A stretch of 63,791 bases of DNA, the filler included, from Octopus bimaculoides (Eukaryota): NCBI RefSeq assembly GCF_001194135.2. It is 6 parts of 5 records of this genome, joined end to end, with 100 filler letters (N's around TTAATTAATTAA, not from the genome) between each part and the next. Parts side by side here need not be neighbours in the genome. Positions count along the whole stretch, not along the records: positions 37,376 to 39,131 come from NW_026379209.1; positions 39,232 to 55,206 come from NC_068989.1; 4 more parts are not named here. One strand, given 5' to 3'. The notes under the pieces were generated by a model. The model saw only the letters and a program-made list of their open reading frames with translations. It ran no database searches and was not told the origin of the DNA. Below, piece after piece: positions 38,641-50,682 of this stretch. Each line of letters opens with the position of its first letter. Positions within the stretch are counted from its first letter, which is position 1. Made by a program: the position numbers and the translations under genes.

Positions 38641-40224
38641 CGAATGATATATATATATCGATCTCTCTCTATATATATATGATGTATGTACGTATGTATG
38701 TGTTAGTGTGTGCGCGCGTATGTGTGTACATGTGTATAAATATATATACTAATACATATATGAAGACCCTGCTAGTTCTATGGTCTCTGCTTTGTATGTA
38801 AATGGTATTAGTTTGCCAATATCAGTGGTTCTTAACTGATGTCCATAAGGCCCCTATGGCCCCACGCAAGCAAAATAGCAAATTGGGGTTTTATGAAAAT
38901 ATTTTGCAAAAATGGAAATCTATCAAGTGATAGGTTAATTACATGAACAACCTACTTCGTCCAGAAACAATGCAGTAGATTGCATCTCAACGACCAACGC
39001 ATATTCTTCAATTTTTAGTAAACCCCTTTGTAATTTTAACACCTTGTGCGGAGTTTATTTTATAGTTTATCTCATACTGCAGCCTTAGCTCTGGGTCAGT
39101 ACTGCTTTATCTCCATTATCAGCTTCTCTATNNNNNNNNNNNNNNNNNNNNNNNNNNNNNNNNNNNNNNNNNNNNTTAATTAATTAANNNNNNNNNNNNN
39201 NNNNNNNNNNNNNNNNNNNNNNNNNNNNNNNTATATATATATACGACGGGCTTCTTTCAGTTTCCGTCTACCAAATCCACTCACAAGGCTTTGGTCTCCC
39301 CGAGGCTATAGTAGAAGTCACTTGCCCAAGATGCCACGCAGTGGGACTGAACCCGGAACCATGTGGTTGGTAAGCAAACTACTTATCACACAGCCACTCC
39401 TGCGCCTATGGGGAGAAAATATTGAAAAACAGGTGCTACTTTAGCGTGTGATTTAAAGGGCAATTATTTTTGGTAACGTGCTTATTGTAATTACCATATT
39501 GCTTATTCTTGGTTTCTTATTATTTACAAAGACATAAATGAAACATGGTTTTATTATTATTTAAAAATGTAAGAATTTTGAAAAAAAAGAGAAAGTTACA
39601 ATGCTAAGTAAGTATAAAAGAATTTATAAGAAAATTTGAATAGCCATATCATAATAAAGATGAAATGGAAATTTGAAAAATGTTATTGATGAATTGAGCA
39701 AGCATCGACCAGAAAGCCGAGAGAAATTGAAACGTTTCATTAACAAACACACTATGTAACGGTCCAAACCATGATGGGAACTGATAAAAAAAAATTTAAT
39801 AAGAAATAAAAACATTAGTGACATGAAGACACCTTTACTACCTTCTTAACTTCACTAGTGACACACCAATGACTGTGTGAAGTATGGGAGTTTTTGTTTT
39901 ATTCTTTGTTCTTATTTTTTCTTTTGTTGCACCCTGAATTTAATTGTTTGCTCGTCCTTTAAATATTTGATAAACGTACAAACTGTTACCATCTCAAGAC
40001 AATAGACTTGGATTTTCCAGCACAAGATATTATGTGTGACATGGAAACAATAACGGCATTATCTTTTCAAATGCCTTTCATTCGTTTTGTTTGTCGGTCT
40101 GGTCAACAACCTGGTCGAGTGACTTGACTATTTACCGCCATAATCTATGACTCATATTCCAATTATTGTAGTATCTTAGAAAGCTATAAAATATTAATCA
40201 TAACTTTCTCCTTCTGCCGTCAAA

Positions 40225-40302
40225 ATGGTAAAGTGCCACCACATTCACAGTGAAACGTTGCGAGGTGTTCTAGCAGAGTTCCTTGGGACATTCGTATTTG
40301 GG
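40225..40302 (+). CDS. Aquaglyceroporin coding exon 1 (N-terminus, TM1)
   Basis: ATG in caaaATGg context; 26 codons ending [11 protein letters not shown]; donor GTAAGT at 40303, phase 0. Confidence 0.9.
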
Positions 40303-40571
40303 GTAAGTAATCATTCTACAAATATTCCATGTCTGTTCTAGAATTTTTGAATTTGTGCAAAACAATAAATACTTTGATACTAATAAAATACTTATTCTAT
40401 GATACACGCACACACACATACACACGCGGCGCGCGCGCGCGCATACGTGTGTGTGTGTGTGTGTGTATGTGTGTGTGTGCCTCAGCGCATGTATCTATAT
40501 GCGTGCTTGTGTATATATATACATATATATGGGTTTATGTATACATACGCTTGTGTGTGTGTATATGTATG

Positions 40572-40604
<33 letters not shown>

Positions 40605-41246
40605 GCATGTATGTATATATATATATTCATATACACATACACACATATATATACACATAGATTATACACGCATTTACACAAACGATACATGTATATATAT
40701 ATATGTATGTATACGTATGCGTGTATATATATATATTTAATTATATATANNNNNNNNNNNNNNNNNNNNNNNNNNNNNNNNNNNNNNNNNNNNNNNNNNN
40801 NNNNNNNNNNNNNNNNNNNNNNNNNNNNNNNNNNNNNNNNNNNNNNNNNNNNNNNNNNNNNNNNNNNNNNNNNNNNNNNNNNNNNNNNNNNNNNNNNNNN
40901 NNNNNNNNNNNNNNNNNNNNNNNNNNNNNNNNNNNNNNNNNNNNNNNNNNNNNNNNNNNNNNNNNNNNNNNNNNNNNNNNNNNNNNNNNNNNNNNNNNNN
41001 NNNNNNNNNNNNNNNNNNNNNNNNNNNNNNNNNNNNNNNNNNNNNNNNNNNNNNNNNNNNNNNNNNNNNNNNNNNNNNNNNNNNNNNNNNNNNNNNNNNN
41101 NNNNNNNNNNNNNNNNNNNNNNNNNNNNNNNNNNNNNNNNNNNNNNNNNNNNNNNNNNNNNNNNNNNNNNNNNNNNNNNNNNNNNNNNNNNNNNNNNNNN
41201 NNNNNNNNNNNNNNNNNNNNNNNNNNNNNNNNNNNNNNNNNNNNNN

Positions 41247-41295
<49 letters not shown>

Positions 41296-43391
41296 TGTAC
41301 TTTAATCGTTGTTTTGCTTCCTATTTTTTTGAAAACGCAATATTTATAATTTTAAAAGTTCATTATGTTTGATGGAAGCATGTCTTTTCAAAGTGTTCCA
41401 GGAAACATTACTGAAACTAGGAAACATCACTAAAACTAACTGTTTGAAATGAATGCCTACTACTCAAATAACTTCGGAAAACAACTGGTGAAGTCATTTG
41501 TACCTAAAACTAAAATTATTGGTTACTATGAGACATTTTTACAAGGTAGAATTCCCTGGAAAGTATATGCAAACTCTATGAGCATTTTGTTGTTTCTATT
41601 CTCATATAACTAACGTTCTAAAAAGGCGAAAAATAATATAAGTTATGTCCCATGAGTTTCCCCACAGATTGTAATTACTTCCATCTTTGAACGTTTAATT
41701 AGTGGTCTCAATGATAATGGTGCGCAACTACGATGATATTTTGGTTCATTGACTGACGAGGAAAACTCAGCCGTGAATATTCCGTGTATCGTGCCTTTGT
41801 CTATATTCCCCGTCCGTTAAGTTTTCTTCTAGTTTCCCGTTTGCTCTACTTTCATCCAACTTTTTTCCCTTGTTGTGTACTGTCTGTTCAATCTTTGATA
41901 CATCCATGTAGCGCAAGGCACTCTCTGTTTGTTTACTTTATTGTAAAAATATTCCTTTCTCCACTCGTGTATATATCTATGTATATGTGTGTGTGTGCGT
42001 GTGTGTGTGTGTGTGTGCGCGCGCGCGCGTGTGTGTGTGTGTATAAAAATTTAGATTCAGATGAATATGGTACTTAAGTTGAGGCACCAGAATCTAGTAC
42101 GGTATTATCCATACAACTTCAAAGTAAGGTGATTAAAATCAAAATAATCAACAAGGATATCCAAAGGTAATGCAGTACGATCGTTTCATGCAACTCCATT
42201 TAATTGAACAATGCAATCATTACATCACTTTAAAATGTAGAGCAATCCTCAACTACACAAAGACATAGAATTTAATTAAATTAGAACAGATGGACACATT
42301 AGTATAATTATACCTAAAATCTCCAAGAAGTTAAGGAGATAGACAAAGAACATGCTGTCTTCACTTCAGCTTAGAAGTTACAAAAGAAGATATATATTGT
42401 TACCGACTTTGCCTGGATATCCTTGTTGCTTATTTTTATTATATATATATATATGTGTATATATATATACATACATATATACGAGGAGTGTATGAACAGT
42501 CTTGAGNNNNNNNNNNNNNNNNNNNNNNNNNNNNNNNNNNNNNNNNNNNNNNNNNNNNNNNNNNNNNNNNNNNNNNNNNNNNNNNNNNNNNNNNNNNNNN
42601 NNNNNNNNNNNNNNNNNNNNNNNNNNNNNNNNNNNNNNNNNNNNNNNNNNNNNNNNNNNNNNNNNNNNNNNNNNNNNNNNNNNNNNNNNNNNNNNNNNNN
42701 NNNNNTATATATAAGTATGTATGTATATAATAAAAACTATTCCACATTGCTTTGTCTCAGGTGCAATTAAACTGGGAATTATTGATTAGAGATAATTCTG
42801 AATGGTATTTGAACCATCGTCAAAGAGCGATGTTTCAAGATGGTCCACCATTCTTTTTCGCTTTTACTATTATTGTCATTGTATTATTGTTGTTAATGAT
42901 GATGTTAGAAAGCTATTACGTTCTAATTTTGGTAGCAGTGACGTTGTCTGGGGTGTGATAGCAACAAGTCTCCTTAAATCTAAAGAATCTTTCTTAGCTC
43001 ACGAGCCCGAACAGAGACAACACCATTTGGGTTTCACGTTAAAGAAATAGTTGAGGACCATTCTTGCTGCTAGCACCTTGGTCGCGCTACTTTTTCTTAT
43101 CACTTTTTCTTACTTGGTAACTAGCACCCGCTTTAATTTATTTCACTCTACCACCAGCTCTTTAATGATAATAATAATAATAATAATAGTCCTTTCTACT
43201 AAAGGCACAAGGCCTGAAATTTTGGGGAGGAGACTAGTCGATTACATCAACTCCAGTGTTTCACTGGTACTTAATTTATCGACCCCGAAAGGATGAAAGG
43301 CAAAGTCGACCTCGGTGTGCTAACTATTCTACCAGCTCACCGTCTTTTTAATAATAATAATAATAATATCAACAACAACAACAACAACAAC

Positions 43392-43443
<52 letters not shown>

Positions 43444-43678
43444 GTAGGTGCCTTAGGTACAATAAAAAAATATTCAGACAAATACATAACAAAAACACCA
43501 GGACTTACAAATATATATAACATACAGAAAATTGCACTACTGGGCACTGCACACATCCTACGCAAAACACTTTCAATACAGTAACCATGAGAGAACCACA
43601 GCAAACCACAGCACATACCCAAGGCACACAGAGATGCGCTCGGTAGTAAAGTGAAAGCAGATTATAAGAATAAAACTA

Positions 43679-43770
<92 letters not shown>

Positions 43771-46700
43771 TAACAACAACAACAACAAATGCTCTGATTC
43801 AGTACCAGGCACTGGCTCTCATGGCTTCTGATCTTAACTGATTGAAAGTGCTATCATGTACATGTTTTGTCTTGGTATGGAAGATGGATTACAGCAAATA
43901 TTTTGCTCCATACTACAGATTTGCTTGTGAGTTGCTTGACCTTAACCAGTTAAGCATGTCCCTTAGTGGCAGACACTTTCCTCTTCGGTCAAGGCCTCAT
44001 CAACTTTTTCAAATTCAACTTGAAAAGGAAAGTGAAGATGGAGAGGGAAGTGCTGATCCCCCAGTATATTTGTTGAAAGGTGGGTGAATGTGTCGAGAAT
44101 GGCTCGTGTGAATGGGCCTACTCTGAGTATTCGCCTGTAGGCCAGAGGAAATGGAGAGTAAAGAAGTACCCGTCCGAGTTACCCGCCCGAGGTGCCCTTG
44201 GCGTTTGGGTTGTCCGGGATGAGTGAGGTTCCTTGTTTGCCCTTGGGTAGAGCTTCCCCACTTTGAAGAAATTTTGTTGTTTGAATTGTTTATTATTAAT
44301 TGTTATTGCTTTTTTTTACTGTTTACACACACTACTAGTAAGTTCCATTATATTGTATCGTTTTTTTTTTTGTGTATGGCCCTTATTAAAGAAAGAATTA
44401 TAATTTTTTTTTTTTCTGTTACTACTTACAGTCATTTGTTATGGGATCTTCTGCACAAAACACCTTCAGTAACAATCCAAATACTCTCCAGGTAAATTTA
44501 GCGTCTGGAATTGGTTTAATGGTCGGCATTTATATATCAGGAGGAGTTTCAGGTAATTTATTATTATTTTATTTAAGTCAAATTTTAACAAATCAATAGG
44601 TTGTCTTAATGAGCTGTCTTAAAGGAATTTTCTAATGAGATAGCCTAATGATACTGACCTACTAAACTGATTAATCAATCAGGTCTAGTGAATGACTTTA
44701 ATGAACTGCCCTAATGAATTTTCTTAACAAGCTGACCTAATATTCTATGTAATGAGCTGTCCTAATGAGCTATTATTTAATTGTAGTGATAAAGAGAAAA
44801 TTATCAGGAACGGTCAAGTGTCGAAGCAAATATCTTAAGTATTTAGACACCTTACATCTACAATCTGACTTGAAGCCCACTAATTTTGTCTTAAATTTCA
44901 TCACATCAGGGTTATTACTTTGATAGATACACATTTGAAATTGGTTTTGTTTCATTGTTCTTTTTCAACTGACGGTATTTTCAATAACCGGTTATATGAA
45001 ATTGAAATTACGATTTAAAATCATATTTTTTAAAATCGAAGAAAACTTTAAATCAAAAATTAGCTCTAGTAGAAGGTAAAAATCTATATCCAGGCTATAT
45101 CCTTCTACTAAAATTAATTTTTGATTTAAGGTTTTCTTCGATTTTAATTAATATGATTTTAAATCGTAATTTCAATTTCATATAACCGGTTAGTTGAAAA
45201 AGACCAATGAAACAAAACCAATTTCAAATGTGTATCTATCAACATAATTGTATATTTATAAATATAAATATAATCTTATTTTTGTTCCATTCTCAACCAG
45301 AACTGTCCGACGAACGGGAACATAAAACTCTGAGTAACAGGTGTCTTTGAAGCTTTATTAATAAAGCATATTACTCTACCTCCGGTATTCGAGTAATATT
45401 TTTTCCGCATTGTTTCATATNNNNNNNNNNNNNNNNNNNNNNNNNNNNNNNNNNNNNNNNNNNNNNNNNNNNNNNNNNNNNNNNNNNNNNNNNNNNNNNN
45501 NNNNNNNNNNNNNNNNNNNNNNNNNNNNNNNNNNNNNNNNNNNNNNNNNNNNNNNNNNNNNNNNNNNNNNNNNNNNNNNNNNNNNNNNNNNNNNNNNNNN
45601 NNNNNNNNNNNNNNNNNNNNNNNNNNNNNNNNNNNNNNNNNNNNNNNNNNNNNNNNNNNNNNNNNNNNNNNNNNNNATAAAATACCTATATTGTACCTGT
45701 ACTCAAGTAATTTACGCTGTCTTGAAGGAAAAAGAAATCTGGTTGAGTCAAGATAATGCAGTAATCGCGTTTTCCAGTTGGAAGGCAACATGGCATTACA
45801 GAAATACTATAAGGAAAAGAAAACCCAGAAAAATTTAGAACATTCATAGCAATACTAAATACACAAATATCAGAGCAAAACTAAATACATAAATACCATA
45901 GGTAGGCAAACTACGCAAATTTCATAGTAATACGAAATAAATATTTTAGCAAAACTAAATACGTAATTTTCATAGCAACGGTAGATACAGCAATAATGTT
46001 TCTATTGAGTCAGCACTTGTCCATGTAATGCCGCAATGCTGAACTTTTACTTTAGAAAAAAGTCATTAGCTTCGTGGCCTCTATCAAGAATTGAAACCTC
46101 GTTGTCGCCTTGACTTGTCGTGGCCAGTTAGTTATAAAAGAGTAGAATAATGGCGGTTTTTAATCAACTATGGTACGTAAATAGTATTTACTCTATTGAC
46201 CCCGAAGAAAGAAAAAATATATCGATTTTTGAGGGAAGTGAACTCACAATATTGAGTAACGTATTCCACTGCTTAGAATAAGTTTAAAATCTAAAATCTG
46301 AGGAAACAGTGAAGTGGACTTCAGCATTAACAGTCGATAACACGCTTGCTAACTTCTGGATAATCAGACGTAGTGCGAATAACTAAACTGTTAGATTCTT
46401 CACTCTTCACGGCAAATTTGTCAAACTTTTCCAAGAAGCATTTTAGAGTGAAATTTTATTTAAAGCAGTTGAGCCCGCGAACCAGCTTTGATTCTCATTT
46501 ATCATTTGTTTATTCATGTTACTTATGCCTTGGCAAAAAGCCTGAAAGCTATGAGATTTATTTCACTTTCTCTATATTTTTGTGTCATTGTGCAAAAGTA
46601 AAGAATTTCAAATAGTGTCAGGGTAGTCATAAGCTACCGTTGTGTCAGGTATGCAATTTAGTTCCTTTCTCGTATTTATATCCTTTCACCAATGTCGTTA

Positions 46701-47379
46701 TAATTCTGTTGAAGACAGCACGAACATCATACAATCTTATTTTGACATGTATAATTCTTATTTATTGTTCTCTGAAAACAATGCTTTATCATTCAGAAAA
46801 AGTTCTTGATGACAGTAAGAAAGACTAGTTACACAAACTAATCTCAGACAAAGAGAAATTCTACCCATAGTTTTATGTCTTTGTTCCCTTTTAAATACAG
46901 CTTTTCCTGCAGAAATGAATGAAACTATTGTTGTTAGTAAACTTTCCATTCCGTATTAAACTGCAATTAACTATAAACTGCTTGGTACATATCAAACAAC
47001 GGGTATAATTTTGAAAGTAAGACAAAGCAACATGAATCAAAATTTTTTGATTATAATAATGTTTTTTCGTGGAGAGCAGAAGTAGAAACGGTAGAGTGCT
47101 AGATCTTCGAGCATGTCAGTAAATGATCTAGTCTCTTTCGGTTCTGAGTTAAAATTCCGCTGAAGTCGATTTTGAATTTCAACTATCCATAATCGATACG
47201 AAATACACCAGTAATATTCGTAGGTAGATTTGATTGGCTGTAATTTCTTCTCGCGAAACGGATCACACTCAAAAAGAAGAAATCGATAGGCAATGAATAT
47301 GATAGAAAAGTTTTAATTCTGCTATAATTTACTATCAGTTTCATGTTAATGTACTCCATATGTGTGTGTGTGTGTGTGT

Positions 47380-47430
<51 letters not shown>

Positions 47431-47472
47431 CGCGCGTGAGTCTATGTAGGTATGTATATATATATATATCAT

Positions 47473-47507
<35 letters not shown>

Positions 47508-49006
47508 NNNNNNNNNNNNNNNNNNNNNNNNNNNNNNNNNNNNNNNNNNNNNNNNNNNNNNNNNNNNNNNNNNNNNNNNNNNNNNNNNNNNNNNNNNNNN
47601 NNNNNNNNNNNNNNNNNNNNNNNNNNNNNNNNNNNNNNNNNNNNNNNNNNNNNNNNNNNNNNNNNNNNNNNNNNNNNNNNNNNNNNNNNNNNNNNNNNNN
47701 NNNNNNNNNNNNNNNNNNNNNNNNNNNNNNNNNNNNNNNNNNNNNNNNNNNNNNNNNNNNNNNNNNNNNNNNNNNNNNNNNNNNNNNNNNNNNNNNNNNN
47801 NNNNNNNNNNNNNNNNNNNNNNNNNNNNNNNNNNNNNNNNNNNNNNNNNNNNNNNNNNNNNNNNNNNNNNNNNNNNNNNNNNNNNNNNNNNNNNNNNNNN
47901 NNNNNNNNNNNNNNNNNNNNNNNNNNNNNNNNNNNNNNNNNNNNNNNNNNNNNNNNNNNNNNNNNNNNNNNNNNNNNNNNNNNNNNNNNNNNNNNNNNNN
48001 NNNNNNNNNNNNNNNNNNNNNNNNNNNNNNNNNNNNNNNNNNNNNNNNNNNNNNNNNNNNNNNNNNNNNNNNNNNNNNNNNNNNNNNNNNNNNNNNNNNN
48101 NNNNNNNNNNNNNNNNNNNNNNNNNNNNNNNNNNNNNNNNNNNNNNNNNNNNNNNNNNNNNNNNNNNNNNNNNNNNNNNNNNNNNNNNNNNNNNNNNNNN
48201 NNNNNNNNNNNNNNNNNNNNNNNNNNNNNNNNNNNNNNNNNNNNNNNNNNNNNNNNNNNNNNNNNNNNNNNNNNNNNNNNNNNNNNNNNNNNNNNNNNNN
48301 NNNNNNNNNNNNNNNNNNNNNNNNNNNNNNNNNNNNNNNNNNNNNNNNNNNNNNNNNNNNNNNNNNNNNNNNNNNNNNNNNNNNNNNNNNCATTTGCCAC
48401 CTAAATGTGGCGGACCCATAGGAGACGATGCTACTGTTGTTTATAGCCCCAGGAAGATATTTCCTCCGGCTGGCTAACGACACACTGTCTGTGTTCGTTT
48501 AGTATTTGCGAAGGGAAATCATTGTTCCCATTTCTAGCCTTACGTGATACATACAGACCCGGGTTTCTTGGTAGTAACCTGTCATCAATGTGTGATAATC
48601 ACCAGTTAGCGATGAAAACGCATTCCAAACGTAAAATACTATATGCCTTTTCCAGTGACAAACTGTCGCTGATTTTGAAAAAGGAGAAACAGGCAATAAT
48701 AAAATATTTTGAGTCTGGAATGAGTTCTTATCGCTAGGTGGTGATTATCACACACTGATGACGGGTTGCTGCCCAGAAATCCGGCTCTGTGTGTATCACG
48801 TAAGGCTAGAGACGGGAACGATGATTTCCTTTCGCAGATACTAAACGAACACAGACAGTGTGTCGTTAGCCAGCTGGATAAGATGTCTTTCTGGGCAATA
48901 AATACCAGTAGCATCGTCCCCTATGGGTCTGTCACATTTAGGTGGCAAATATACTTCACGATTCCGTGCTGCTACTGTTTACTTCTCGCTCAGAGATTTA
49001 TCATTG

Positions 49007-49073
<67 letters not shown>

Positions 49074-50649
49074 TATGTGTGTGTGTGTGTGTGTCTGTGT
49101 CTGTGTCTGTGTCTGTGTGTGTCTGTGTGTGTGTGGCTGTGTGTGTGTGTGTCTGTGTGAGTGTGTGTCTGTGTGTGTGTGTGAGTGTGTGCGTGTCTGT
49201 GTATATATATATATTTATTTATTATGTTACGTTATAATAAAAACAATTTATGGTAAAATAAAGATTACTTAATACTTTTTGTAAGGTATAAATCTGTTAT
49301 TATTTGACAAGAATAGTGTTGACAGTAACTTCGAAGATTCAACCCGCTAAGCCATCGTTGGACTGTCTGATGGTGGCTTAGTTTGCCGAAATTTCGACGT
49401 CACTGTCAATGCTATTGTTGTTAAAGAATAACAGACAGACAGACAGATAGACAATAAAATCTTTGACAAATATTCGATTGATTTAATATTCCTATAAAAC
49501 ATCCTAGATATCATTAGAAATATCATCGAAGGCATTACCTCTTTCTTTCATATTAGTGGCTGCGTTCCAATCAATAAAACACTAATAAAATGAAATAATT
49601 TACTTAATCCAGGTGGACATCTCAACCCGGCTGTAACTCTTGCCTGTTGTTTGGGAAAAAAGACTTCTTGGAAGAGGCTACCTTTCTACTGGATATCACA
49701 GCTCTTGGCTACTGTACTGGCAGCTGCACTTCAATATGGAATTTGTTATGGTAAGGACAAGGAATTCAGAAATATCTAGAAAACATTCTTAATCAAAATC
49801 TCTCACAGTGGAGCGAAAACCTATCGGTAGGGTTTGATAATGTCTTAGCGGAGTAGAAAAATAATTTGATAACTAAAGCAAACAAAAAATTCTCGTAATT
49901 TTTACATTTTTCAGGTTGCTTTCTTGCAATTTGCCAGAGTTTTGATTTTTAATGTGATTTTAATTATATCTTAACGAGCAAGAAGTTTCTTTATAACATT
50001 TAAATACAAATAAACAGAGGGAAAGAGAAAGTAGAAAGGAAAACAAAGAAAGAAAAAAGGGGTAAAGCAGCAGAAGATGGAGAGAAGGGCGCAACGGGCC
50101 ACATACCCCAGAAAAGTGGAGTGCTCAGCCATGCCCTGCGAAAATGACCGCTATGGCGTTGCCGGGGAGAATGGCCAATGACACTCACTGCAGTAATCAC
50201 TCCGCCACATGGGGCTCATTTCTGAATTATTTTCAAACTTTTATATGGTAACCGTAACAGAAGATAAACGCAAACAGACAGAAAGATGCTCTTTACGATA
50301 TTAACCTCACTTTCCATGAATTTTAATCGATGGTAAATGGTACTGAAGCCATTGGTAGTATGTTTATGTACGTATTTAATTTTATTGTAACTACTATGTT
50401 TATCTTAACTAGTTTGTTTTTGTTGACTAACGTAATTTTAAAAAGAGAGAAGGTATCTTAGTCATTCTTGATGATCACTAAACGTACACACAAAATCTTT
50501 GGTAGATAACTCCAAACGTAGCCCTGGAAAAGCCAATTACTTGCAAGAGGAATTTGGTATGCAGAAACCGAAAGAAAACCGTCATATGCATACATACATA
50601 CATACATACATACATACATACATACATACATACATACATACACACACAC

Positions 50650-50682
<33 letters not shown>

